Shown: positions 40,904-49,773, counted from the first letter of the stretch. The stretch: 64,000 nucleotides of DNA from an uncultured delta proteobacterium (GCA_963832165.1 CAWHTE010000005.1:224001-288000), one strand, 5' to 3'. The notes: generated by a model from the letters alone, not told the origin. Translations and numbers: made by a program.

Positions 40904-42266
40904 CCCCGCCCGCCCCGTAAGGCGTTATGCGGTCTCGGTTTTCGGTGTTCGCGTCGGTGACTCGTTCTCTGCTTTGAGTCATCTCCGCCCCGAGGTGGGG
41001 TGACTCTGAGGTCACTTCAGGAGCGACCCGCGCGAGCAGGTCCGCCGGAAGTTCACCCGGCCCGAGTCGCATCGGCTCGCGGTACTCGTCGCCGCCGCAC
41101 CATCGCGCGTAGTGGTCGGTGGTTACGTTGAGGTCCGCGTGACCGAGCTGGCGGCTCACATAGGCGACGTTCACCCCGCACGTGAGCAGCTGCGACGCGT
41201 AGGTGTCGCGGAGGTCCTTCATCGCGCGGTGCCCGATCGCGGCGCGCTTGAGGATCCGGCGCCACTCGCGATGCCGGAAGTTGCCAGGGTCGATCCCTTC
41301 GAAGATCGGCGTTTCCGGGCCCGGCTCGAAGCGGTCGACGTAGAGCTCGAGCAGCGCGGCGCGCAGGCGGCGCGAGAGCGCGACCCGCCGGTCGCGTCCG
41401 CTCTTCGGCGGCTCCGGGTCGCCACCTCGCGGCCGATTCTCGCGCACGTGGAGGTGGCGGCCGGAATCATCGCCGTCGGAGCCGAACGCGATCGCGCCCC
41501 ACCGAAGCCCGAGCGCCTCGCCCAGGCGCAGGCCCGCGTCGAGCAGCACGGTCACGAGAACACGAGACGCGAGGCCCTCCACGCGCGCGGCGCCGAGCAG
41601 CCTGCCCACCTCGTCGGGCCGCTCGATCGGGCGAATGCGATCCTCGGCCGCGGCCGCCCGCGCACCCTTGCCGCGCGAGCGACGCCGAAGCTGCCGGCGG
41701 AATTCCTCCACCGCGTTCATCGAGTCGAGCGCGCCCAGGTCGCGCGCGTACTCGAGCACGGCCGCCAGAGCGTTCACGTAGTGGCGCCCCGTGCTCGCGG
41801 CGCGCGTGCGCTCCTCGCCCTTCGAATTCTTGTACGGCGTCTCGACCACCTTGGCCCACCACTCGCGCAAGCGCGGCGCAGTGATCTCGTCGAGCCGGAA
41901 ATCGCCGAGCTGCTCCATGATGAGCCCGTCCTCTCCGAGATCGGTCGGTGCGATCTCGCCCGGCTCCGGCTCCTTCTTCGCCCTGAGGTAGGAGCGCTCG
42001 AGGTCCGAGCGCGTCGACGCGGCCAGGTGGCGCGTGTCCTCTTTCAGGTAGCGCTTCGCGAATGCGCGCAGCGTCGGTGACTCGAGGATCGGGGCCGGCA
42101 GTCGGCCGATACCCTTGCGCGCTTCGTAGAGGTCGCGCACCTGCGCGGCGACGCTCAGATCGCCCGTTTCGCAGGAGAAGCGCACGCGCCGACCGTTCAC
42201 GACGCGCTGGTAGTAGTAGACGCCGCCGCGCTTGGTGAGGTTGCGATCGTCGCGCTTCTTGCTCAT
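40854..42266 (-). CDS. int: Tyrosine integrase
   Basis: N-terminal arm-binding-like strands (GGVYYYQRVVNGRR), AGLRLGEALGL, KDLRDTYAS and LGH...TTDHY. Confidence 0.92.
   Translation of the reverse strand: MSKKRDDRNLTKRGGVYYYQRVVNGRRVRFSCETGDLSVAAQVRDLYEARKGIGRLPAPILESPTLRAFAKRYLKEDTRHLAASTRSDLERSYLRAKKEPEPGEIAPTDLGEDGLIMEQLGDFRLDEITAPRLREWWAKVVETPYKNSKGEERTRAASTGRHYVNALAAVLEYARDLGALDSMNAVEEFRRQLRRRSRGKGARAAAAEDRIRPIERPDEVGRLLGAARVEGLASRVLVTVLLDAGLRLGEALGLRWGAIAFGSDGDDSGRHLHVRENRPRGGDPEPPKSGRDRRVALSRRLRAALLELYVDRFEPGPETPIFEGIDPGNFRHREWRRILKRAAIGHRAMKDLRDTYASQLLTCGVNVAYVSRQLGHADLNVTTDHYARWCGGDEYREPMRLGPGELPADLLARVAPEVTSESPHLGAEMTQSRERVTDANTENRDRITPYGAGGVERETGFEPATLSLGS
40859..40903 (+). repeat. 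attL core (3' 45 bp of tRNA-Gly)
   Basis: Identical to 55713-55757. Confidence 0.95.
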
Positions 42267-42325
42267 CGCGTGAGCTCCTCCTCGCGTCGGTCCGTCGACA
42301 TACGCGCGTAGATGGCGGCTCTCAT
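42263..42325 (-). pseudogene. 20-aa mini-ORF resembling a serine recombinase N-terminus
   Basis: MRAAIYARMSTDRREEELTR; GGAGG RBS; stop overlaps the int ATG. Confidence 0.5.
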
Positions 42326-42336
42326 GCGTGCCTCCG

Positions 42337-42717
42337 TTAGAGCGGCAGATCGCCGCGAACTGCTGCCTTCATCAATTCGACGAGCACCGCCTTGAGCGTC
42401 TCGTACGTGATGCCCTTCCCGCCCTTCGCCAGCTTCGCTTTCGCGCGGTTCCACCTGGTGTCATCACGGGCGGCCTCGAGGAAGTCGTGTCCCTCCCACG
42501 TTAGGCGGCGGATCAGAAACGCTCGCTCATCGTACTTCCCGACGTCGACCGCATCGATCAGGCCCTTTTCATGGAGGAGCGCGACGTGCTCCACGCGCTT
42601 TTCGGTGGTGCCCAAAGACACCTCGAGACTCTCCACTCGGATCGCTCCGTCGGTGTCGGGCTGCGCGTCCTCGATCGCGATCAGCAGCTCTCGGATCAGG
42701 TCCCAATCGCGCTTCAC
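42337..42717 (-). CDS. DUF2513-like winged-helix protein
   Basis: MKRDWDLIRELL..IE, HVALL..GLI and LTWEGHDFLEAARD. Confidence 0.8.
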   Translation of the reverse strand: MKRDWDLIRELLIAIEDAQPDTDGAIRVESLEVSLGTTEKRVEHVALLHEKGLIDAVDVGKYDERAFLIRRLTWEGHDFLEAARDDTRWNRAKAKLAKGGKGITYETLKAVLVELMKAAVRGDLPL

Positions 42718-43085
42718 GCCGACGCCTCCGGGCCCTCTTCCTTCGCCTGTAGCAGGGCAAGCCTCGGCCCCACTGCGCGCGCAACACGCGCGCGGTTATC
42801 GCCGATCGCGACCCGCAGCCGAGCCGCCCACGCCTCGAGGTTGAAGTGGGCATCGGCGTCGTACGGCTGCCCCTTGCGAGGCCCCCGCTCGAACACACCG
42901 GCCGCGAGCTTGCGCTCGACTCGGGCAAGCGTGCGCGCGTCCATGCCGAGCAGCATTCCGGCAACGTCCGCCATCCGTTCGGGGTGCGCCTCGAGATCGC
43001 GTTCGTGCGCGTCGAGCATCGCGTCGCAATCCGCATTGAGCTTGCACTTGCGCGCCTTCTCGAGCGAGATCACCGGGCCGCTCAC
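42714..43085 (-). CDS. Hypothetical protein
   Basis: GTGA coupling at both ends; contains a GPRKGQP motif. Confidence 0.6.
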   Translation of the reverse strand: MSGPVISLEKARKCKLNADCDAMLDAHERDLEAHPERMADVAGMLLGMDARTLARVERKLAAGVFERGPRKGQPYDADAHFNLEAWAARLRVAIGDNRARVARAVGPRLALLQAKEEGPEASA

Positions 43086-43645
43086 GCGCTCACCTCCGGC
43101 GCGCGGCGCTGCACTACCCGTCGGCTCCGTCGTCGCGCGAGGAACACGAGCCCGAGCCCGATCAGTAGACCGGTGCTCGGCTCCGGCACGTTGTAGTCGA
43201 GCGTGCTGGTGATCGGGACGCCATCGCTCGCGATGTTGCAGAGCGCCACGTCGAGGCCGAAGAAGTCGAACGTGTTGCCGTCCCAGATCAGGGAGGTCGG
43301 TGAGCCATCGAAGATCAAATAGGATCGGATGTAGTTCCCCGGCTCATACGACTGGATCGACCGACTCGAGCCGCCCTGCGAGAAAACATCCGTCCAGCCA
43401 TCTCCGCTCTGGAGCGGGTCCGTGACCCAGCCGTCCATCACGGACGTCTGCACGGAATAGAGGTTGGCTCCGGTGAAGTTCACGCGGCCGTAGATGTGGT
43501 CGTCGGCCACGTCGAAGGGCGGCGCGGCCGAGAAGTAGATGACAACGTGCTGGTGATCGGCGGTCTGCGCCGCTTCGTAGTAGAACCCCGCCGCGTGGGC
43601 GGGGAGGGAGAGAAAGAGAGCGAGCGCGAACAGGTAGAGCTTCAT
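43082..43645 (-). CDS. PEP-CTERM sorted secreted protein
   Basis: Signal MKLYLFALALFLSLPAHA; C-terminal VPEPSTGLLIGLGLVFLARRRSRR. Confidence 0.85.
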   Translation of the reverse strand: MKLYLFALALFLSLPAHAAGFYYEAAQTADHQHVVIYFSAAPPFDVADDHIYGRVNFTGANLYSVQTSVMDGWVTDPLQSGDGWTDVFSQGGSSRSIQSYEPGNYIRSYLIFDGSPTSLIWDGNTFDFFGLDVALCNIASDGVPITSTLDYNVPEPSTGLLIGLGLVFLARRRSRRVVQRRAPEVSA

Positions 43646-44427
43646 CTTGAAACCTCCGGCGCGCGGTGCGCGCGCGTGTAGAGCCCCCACGCGATCAGCG
43701 GGTCGGGCTCGGTTTCGATGATGCGCCGGCGCTTGCGCAGCCATGCAACCTCGGCCTTGAGGTTCTGGACACGCGAGCGCTTTCGCGTGGCGGCGCCCGG
43801 AGTGAGCGGTTGCCCCTTCCGCTCGCCGGACACCACGACGCCACCGTCGAGCACGGCTTGCGCCCTACGAATCGCGACGCGCGTTGCCTCGATCTTGCGC
43901 GGGATGCGGGCGAGCTCCTCGGTGAGCTCTCGCCGAGCGTGTTTCTCGAAGTCCGTTCGTTCGATCCGGCGCCGGCCGTAGAGCCAGAGATGGCCGAGTA
44001 GCTCGCGGCAATGGCCGTCGATGTCGCGACGACGCTTCTCGACCCATCCGTGTTCCACCGTCTTGGACGCGCGAAGGCGGCCTGCCCCATCCCGGATCCA
44101 CTGAATGATCGCAAGCGTCCGCTCCTGGAAGTACCCATCCGCGCTCGCGCGCTTGACCTCGATTCGGGTGTGACCGTTGCTCAGATAGCCCGGTAGCGTG
44201 TGATTCTCGACAACCCACGCCGCAGGGGCGCGAAATGGCGCCGGCCATGTCTCGACGTCGCGCATCCACTTCTCGCGCTCCTGCTCGGAGTGCGAGCGCA
44301 CGCGCGCCTGCTCGCGAGCGAGCTCACCGAGAGCGGCTGCGCGCTCTTCGCGACGCCAGCGCGCACCCAACGATTTCGATTGCTGCAAACGCGCGCATGC
44401 CGCTTCGAACGGGATTACGTCCGCCAT
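43642..44427 (-). CDS. Hypothetical protein
   Basis: Starts MADVIPF; coupled to its neighbours; contains a GERKGQP motif. Confidence 0.6.
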   Translation of the reverse strand: MADVIPFEAACARLQQSKSLGARWRREERAAALGELAREQARVRSHSEQEREKWMRDVETWPAPFRAPAAWVVENHTLPGYLSNGHTRIEVKRASADGYFQERTLAIIQWIRDGAGRLRASKTVEHGWVEKRRRDIDGHCRELLGHLWLYGRRRIERTDFEKHARRELTEELARIPRKIEATRVAIRRAQAVLDGGVVVSGERKGQPLTPGAATRKRSRVQNLKAEVAWLRKRRRIIETEPDPLIAWGLYTRAHRAPEVSR

Positions 44428-45140
44428 CACGCACTCGCCGCCCGCCGGGCCTGGGCCTTCTCGCTCAGATCCCGGTTGTGGATCGCGAGTATCTCCTCGT
44501 CGATCGCCTCGAGATCTCGCCTCCACGCGAGCAGCGGCTCAATCTGCTCACGTGCTCGCTCCGCTTCGGCCGTCAGAGCTCGCCGCTGCGCGTTGAGCTC
44601 GTCGATCCGGCGGTACGGGTCCTCGAGCTTCTTGCGGCTCTCCGCTTCCGCCCTTCGGTCATCGCGCGCGATTTCCAATTCGCGCTGCCCGTGCTTCGCG
44701 ACTTCGAGTAGGTCCGCGAGCAGCGCGAGCACGGCCGGCTGCATGTCGGTGAACTCGTACTCCTCGTCAACCGGCGCTCGCAGCGCGGCGGCCAGGAGCT
44801 CGAGGTGCTCGATCACTGGCAGGTAACTCGGGAGCCGGCCGGCTTTCAGTGCGGTGCTGGATTCGGTGCAGCGGAGCTCGACGGGGCGCCCGGACTCGAT
44901 CGCGCGCGTGCACGCATCGACCACGTAGCCGATCGAGTCGCGCAGCCACGTCGACTCGTTGCCACCTGCTGCCGCGCGGTTCGCGAGGTCCTGCCAATGG
45001 CGGAAATCCTTCTTGAGCCACTGCGCGGCGCGCTTCGGCGTGAGCGTGCGGCACGGCGGCGGGAGGCAGCCGGTGTCGAACGACTCGAGCTTCTCGCGCT
45101 TCGCCTTGCCGTTCGTCGCGTGCTTCTTCGCGGCCATCAC
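44427..45140 (-). CDS. Hypothetical coiled-coil protein
   Basis: Coupled ORF with a helical C-terminal half. Confidence 0.6.
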   Translation of the reverse strand: MMAAKKHATNGKAKREKLESFDTGCLPPPCRTLTPKRAAQWLKKDFRHWQDLANRAAAGGNESTWLRDSIGYVVDACTRAIESGRPVELRCTESSTALKAGRLPSYLPVIEHLELLAAALRAPVDEEYEFTDMQPAVLALLADLLEVAKHGQRELEIARDDRRAEAESRKKLEDPYRRIDELNAQRRALTAEAERAREQIEPLLAWRRDLEAIDEEILAIHNRDLSEKAQARRAASA

Positions 45141-45550
45141 GCCACCGCCTTCCGGTGCGCTTCCGCCATGTCGAACAGCGAGCAGATCCGCGCCAGGAGC
45201 GCGCGGCGAAGCGCGAGCCGCTCGAAGCTCTCCGCGTTCTGCTGCGGCACCTCGAGGAGTAGTCGCAGCGAGTGGAGGCGGTCGCGCACGTCGAGCGGCA
45301 CCAGATCATCCTCGACGAGGGCAGCCTCGCGGCCCTCGGCCAGTGCGGTCGCCGCCTCGATCACGTGTGTGACGTCGAAGGCGAGATAGCTAGCGCAGTC
45401 GCGGCGCTCCGCGTTCGTGTCGAAGAGCGCATCGGCCAGGAGCTCGCCGATCCCAAGCGCGCCTTCGGAGAGAAACTCGCGCAGCGCCGCGCCCTCCATC
45501 GCGGGGAGCGACATCACCGTCGCCTCGAATCGTTCCGTCTTCTTCGCCAT
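45137..45550 (-). CDS. Hypothetical protein
   Basis: GGAGG RBS; coupled to the next gene. Confidence 0.6.
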   Translation of the reverse strand: MAKKTERFEATVMSLPAMEGAALREFLSEGALGIGELLADALFDTNAERRDCASYLAFDVTHVIEAATALAEGREAALVEDDLVPLDVRDRLHSLRLLLEVPQQNAESFERLALRRALLARICSLFDMAEAHRKAVA

Positions 45551-45573
45551 GCGCCCTCCGTTATGGGGAGGCG

Positions 45574-45777
45574 TTAGGTCCGCCGCCGCAGCACGCGCGC
45601 AAGAACTTCATGCGCGATCGTCCCTTGCGGGAGCCCGCGTTCCGCCGCCCACGCCTGCAAGGTCGCGAGCTCACCATCGGTGAGCATCACCACGACGCGA
45701 TTGCGGCGCGCTTCGTCGGCCGGCTTCGGCGGTCTCCCCACTCGCGGCGCCTCCTGCCTCCCCCGTTTCGGAGCCAT
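45574..45777 (-). CDS. Small RHH/CopG-like DNA-binding protein
   Basis: GRPPKP...RNRVVVMLTDGE...L..WAAERG pattern. Confidence 0.6.
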   Translation of the reverse strand: MAPKRGRQEAPRVGRPPKPADEARRNRVVVMLTDGELATLQAWAAERGLPQGTIAHEVLARVLRRRT

Positions 45778-46025
45778 CCTACCCCCAATCTATTTCAATT
45801 GCCAGCAAATTGATTCGGACACACGAACGCCCCCCTCGCGCGCCGTCGGCCTCGATTATCCGGCCTCCGGAGTCGGGTCGCGACCGGAAACCGCGTTCGA
45901 GCTCCGACGGGAGCTATCTGTTCGCCGTGAACAGACCCCACGGGCGCGGCGTTTCTCGCCCTCGACCGCGCCTTCGCGGGCGGGGCGGGTGTCGAAGCCG
46001 AGAGATAGAAGCTCCATGGACCCCC

Positions 46026-47468
46026 CTATTCCGCGACCGCGTATGGGCGAATCATCCGGCGCGAGCCCCACACGTACGCCTGACTTTGATCGCCGCGCGC
46101 GGAATAGACCGCACCCGCCAAGGCCGTGCAGAGATCGTCATGCCCACCCGGCGGGTGCGAAATCAGATCGCGCCCTCCGCGCGAGGTGCGGCGCTCGAGC
46201 GCGCACAGCTGCGCGACGAGCCGCGGGTGATCGATCAACTCGACGCGACCCGCGTTCATCATGGGAAGCAACTCGGCGTAGAGCCCGCTGGTGGTCTTCT
46301 CGCAATGCACGTAGCGGATTCCCGCCGACGCGAAGCTGTCGACTACAAAACCAGCCGAATAGCGATCGCCGGATACTTGGCTGAGGTGGAATCGCCGTAG
46401 GTCTTCGGCGAATCCTTCGATCGCCGCGCTAGGGGAGTGCGGGGCCCGCACCTCCCGCAGCAGATCGATTACGACGCGCTCTCCTTCAGCGTGGCAAATG
46501 CAGAGAGCTGCGGAATCGGCGCTACCACCCGAAGGGTCGCAGTGCGCGGAGTAGCTCGGAGCCCAGGTGGCGCTCGGATTCGCCGGCAGCTCGTAGCGAC
46601 CCGGAACGATGGCGGACTCTACGCTCTCGCGCGTCAGGAACGTCTCGACGTCACTGCGGAACTCCGCGAGCCACTCGGCGCGCGCGCGGGGCTCGTCCTC
46701 CGCGAGCGCACGCTCGACGAGCGCCTCGGAGAGGGTGGGGTTCATCATCCGGCTGGTCGCCTGCGCGACGAGCACGTCAGAGTCGTCATTGCCGTAGTGC
46801 GCGCGGTAAGCGCGCCAGAGCTCTCCCGATCGCGCGTAGGGACTGCTGATCGCGAGGAGTAGCGGGCGGTCGATCGTGGCCATCGCGGGCTTCAGCGCTG
46901 CGATCACCTCGGCGTCCGGGTTGGCGGAATCGTCGCTGCGCCAGAAGCTAATCTCATCACATATGACACCTATCAGTGTCGGTCCGCGAACCGATCTGTA
47001 GTTCGAGACGTGCACCTCGATCGCGGTGCGGTTCGTGAAGTAGATCGCCTCCGAGGTGCGGCGCTCTACCATGGCGGAGAGCATCGGCGCGCCGTCGACG
47101 AGGGCCTCGACATAGCGGAAGCACACGCCGGCCTGCCGCTTGTCCGCGGCGAGGATCATGAAGACGCCGCGTTCGCCGGGCGCGAGCGCGCTCGCCCAGT
47201 CGCGGAAACAACAGGTGAACACGGCGAGGAGCGCTCCAATCCTCGACTTCGCGGCGCGGCGCCCCATCGCGAACCAGCCTTCGGAGAAGGGCTTCGTCGG
47301 CCAGGTCGTGCGGCCGGTGAGGGCGCGGAAGATTTCGAGATCCCCGTCTCGAGGCGGGAGCGCACACAACGCCGCGAGGAGCACGCGCCACATGTTCCAG
47401 GTCGGACCGGGGAACGCGGACCCGAATAGCCTCGGATCGTCGAGCGCATCGAGGATCGTCAGGCTCAT
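46026..47468 (-). CDS. terL: Terminase large subunit
   Basis: Walker A-like GRRAAKS, Walker B ICDE, coupling motif ISSP, and nuclease acidic residues CDPSGG..D and HDD. Confidence 0.85.
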   Translation of the reverse strand: MSLTILDALDDPRLFGSAFPGPTWNMWRVLLAALCALPPRDGDLEIFRALTGRTTWPTKPFSEGWFAMGRRAAKSRIGALLAVFTCCFRDWASALAPGERGVFMILAADKRQAGVCFRYVEALVDGAPMLSAMVERRTSEAIYFTNRTAIEVHVSNYRSVRGPTLIGVICDEISFWRSDDSANPDAEVIAALKPAMATIDRPLLLAISSPYARSGELWRAYRAHYGNDDSDVLVAQATSRMMNPTLSEALVERALAEDEPRARAEWLAEFRSDVETFLTRESVESAIVPGRYELPANPSATWAPSYSAHCDPSGGSADSAALCICHAEGERVVIDLLREVRAPHSPSAAIEGFAEDLRRFHLSQVSGDRYSAGFVVDSFASAGIRYVHCEKTTSGLYAELLPMMNAGRVELIDHPRLVAQLCALERRTSRGGRDLISHPPGGHDDLCTALAGAVYSARGDQSQAYVWGSRRMIRPYAVAE

Positions 47469-47548
47469 GCGCACCCCGCGCGCCAGGTCGGCCCGGCGAA
47501 CATCGCGCCGAACAGGTGCGGATCGTCGAGTGCGGCGAGGATCGTCAC
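47465..47548 (-). repeat. Diverged duplicate of the terL 5' end, forming a 27-aa mini-ORF
   Basis: VTILAALDDPHLFGAMFAGPTW versus TerL LTILDALDDPRLFGSAFPGPTW. Confidence 0.8.
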
Positions 47549-47592
47549 AGCGCCCCCGACTTCCCCGTCGACCCCGACCTCGCCGGGGCAAA

Positions 47593-47875
47593 CTCGGGCT
47601 TCCGTGCACCCTGAAACGGCCCGCGGTGCGTTTTCAGCCCGAGAGCGCCGCGCACGCCTAACACACGGACGGCGTAGGCGCGGCGGCAGGAGACCCCCTC
47701 GCGCCGCCGCGCCAGTGCTCCCGTGGAAGGCGAACACGGGAGCACGAGAAAGCTCGCCGACGGGCTCATGCGCACCGCGCGCGAGGTGGCGCGCAGCCAG
47801 GGGTGGACCGCCGCCCGACTGCGCGCCGGCCACCCCCGTGCACGAACACACGGGGGGACCATCGAAACCTCGCGC
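47593..47875 (-). ncRNA. Candidate structured RNA / multi-hairpin element upstream of terL
   Basis: Six consecutive stems, five of them perfect 8-11 bp, plus a 9-bp closing stem; see findings. Confidence 0.5.
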
Positions 47876-47879
47876 ACGA

Positions 47880-48125
47880 TCAGCCCTGCTCCGCCGGGGT
47901 GCCGGCTTTCAGCTTATCGCCGGCGGGCACCATGTACGCCGGCCGACGATTCGGCGGCGACGGCTCGAAACCCTCCGGGAACTCGAAGCGGTCGCGATAA
48001 TTCCACGCCTGCGCGGCGGAAAGCTCGACCTCCTCGCCGATCGTCGCGTAGACGGGTTCGGTGCCCTCCACACGCAGTGCGTGCTTTCCGGGGCCTTTGA
48101 ACTTCGCCTTGACCAGATCACTCAT
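47880..48125 (-). CDS. Small hypothetical phage-type protein
   Basis: AGGAGGAG RBS; 81 aa. Confidence 0.65.
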   Translation of the reverse strand: MSDLVKAKFKGPGKHALRVEGTEPVYATIGEEVELSAAQAWNYRDRFEFPEGFEPSPPNRRPAYMVPAGDKLKAGTPAEQG

Positions 48126-48164
48126 CCCGTTCTCCTCCTGTGCCGCGTGGCGGCAATGTTAGGT

Positions 48165-48770
48165 CTACTTCGCCCACTCTTCGCCGACGTTGCGCGAGTC
48201 GGACACGAACGCTGCCGCGCGGCACACCTGGTCGATGGCCTCCGCGCTCACGTCCGAGATCCGGCCGACCAGGCCGCCGCTGCCCGCGTTCGCCCGCGCG
48301 ATCCGCTTCGCCGATGCGCACGCGGGCCAGTCGATCTCGAACCGAAACCTGCGCTCGAGCGCCTCGACTTCGCGCTGCGCGAGCCCGCGACGAGCCGCCG
48401 CGCGCAGCAGTTCAGGGCCGGCGGCCGCGAGCGCGTCGAGCGCAGCCGTGAAGCGATCGGCCGCGGCGTCGAGCTCACGCGACTGCTCGGCCATCTGCGG
48501 CAAAAGCCGCCCGACCTCGACCTGGGCGTCGGCCCGCTCGGCCGCCTTGCGGCCCTGCTCGACCGCCGCGCGCTGCGCCTCGAGCCGCTCTCGCTTGCGG
48601 GCGAGCTCGTCGCGCCCTTTCTGGGCGAGCGTGGCGTGCTCCTCGTTCGGCGGATCCGCTGCCATCGCCGCGGCGATCGTCTCCTCGAGCTCCACCGCCT
48701 CCGCGTCGAGCGCGCGCAGGAGCTCGACGACCCCGCGCACCCGATCGTCGAGCGCTTCGACCGCGTTCAC
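48165..48770 (-). CDS. Hypothetical coiled-coil protein
   Basis: Coupled ORF rich in A/E/R heptads. Confidence 0.65.
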   Translation of the reverse strand: MNAVEALDDRVRGVVELLRALDAEAVELEETIAAAMAADPPNEEHATLAQKGRDELARKRERLEAQRAAVEQGRKAAERADAQVEVGRLLPQMAEQSRELDAAADRFTAALDALAAAGPELLRAAARRGLAQREVEALERRFRFEIDWPACASAKRIARANAGSGGLVGRISDVSAEAIDQVCRAAAFVSDSRNVGEEWAK

Positions 48771-49234
48771 TGGCCGGCTCCCTTGCGGCCGCCGAGCTGC
48801 CGCGCCATCGAGCGGATCGGCATGAAGCCATCCGCGAGCACCTTGCGCTCCTCCGCGGTGTAGTCCGGCTCCGCGGGCTTGCGCGATGCGCGCGGGGGCA
48901 GCGGCGCAAAGTTCGCGCGGATGTACTCCTCGGAGGTCGGATCCGGCGGCTGCTTCGCACGCTGCTCGGACTTCAAATGCTCGAGCGTTTCAAAATCCTG
49001 CAGCTGAGCGTCCGTGCACCGCTCGAGCATCGCGCGGTCGCGACCTTTCCCGACCAGGCGATCGATCAGCGCCCGACGTTCGGGCGATGCCGCCGCGGGC
49101 GATGCGGCCGCTGGCGCGGCGGCCGGGCGCGCCTTGGGCGTCGCGTGCCGGAGAGCGTTGACGCGCTCCGGCGTCATCACCACGCCGATCACGCCGCCGA
49201 CGCGGAGCCCGTCCTCGTGCTGTTTGCGATTCAT
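48767..49234 (-). CDS. Hypothetical protein
   Basis: GAGGAG RBS; Ala/Pro linker. Confidence 0.65.
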   Translation of the reverse strand: MNRKQHEDGLRVGGVIGVVMTPERVNALRHATPKARPAAAPAAASPAAASPERRALIDRLVGKGRDRAMLERCTDAQLQDFETLEHLKSEQRAKQPPDPTSEEYIRANFAPLPPRASRKPAEPDYTAEERKVLADGFMPIRSMARQLGGRKGAGQ

Positions 49235-49303
49235 CGCTCTACTCCTCTCGTGTTGAGCGCCTCTCGGCGCAGTGAATAGGTGCGCGGGTGCGAGCCCTTG
49301 CCG

Positions 49304-49546
49304 TCATGCAATCCCCGGCCCCTCCTCGAGGCCGACAGCAGCGAGCGAGCCCGGAGGACTCGCCTTTGTGAGCGCCCGCGCTCGCCAACGGAGATTGCCC
49401 GCTCGCCAGGTAGCGAATCGCGGCGCAACGCCGCGGTGAAAACGCATGGCCGAGTCCGGCCGGATCGCCGGCTCGATCGGCAGGAAGCCGCCCGCGACGC
49501 GCACGTAGAGCGTGAGGCCGCCTTCGACTGCTGCTCGCACGCTCAT
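49304..49546 (-). CDS. Hypothetical protein
   Basis: ATGA coupling with the upstream ORF. Confidence 0.35.
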   Translation of the reverse strand: MSVRAAVEGGLTLYVRVAGGFLPIEPAIRPDSAMRFHRGVAPRFATWRAGNLRWRARALTKASPPGSLAAVGLEEGPGIA

Positions 49547-49773
49547 CGCCCAGCCTCGGGGGTGAAGTGCGGCGGCGCCTCGGGCATCTTCGCTGCGGGG
49601 GCAGCTCCGCCAGAGACACCGCCGCACCGGGCTTCGAGGTCGAGCGCGAGCTGGCCGTCGGACTCGGCGAGCTCGCGGCGTGCAAGGGACGAGCGTTCGC
49701 GACGGTCGGCGATGCGCTGCGCGCGGGTCGGACGCGGGGCTTCGGACCGGTGAATCGGTGTGTGTGCGTTCAC
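49543..49773 (-). CDS. Hypothetical protein
   Basis: GTGA coupling; GGAGG RBS. Confidence 0.45.
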   Translation of the reverse strand: MNAHTPIHRSEAPRPTRAQRIADRRERSSLARRELAESDGQLALDLEARCGGVSGGAAPAAKMPEAPPHFTPEAGR

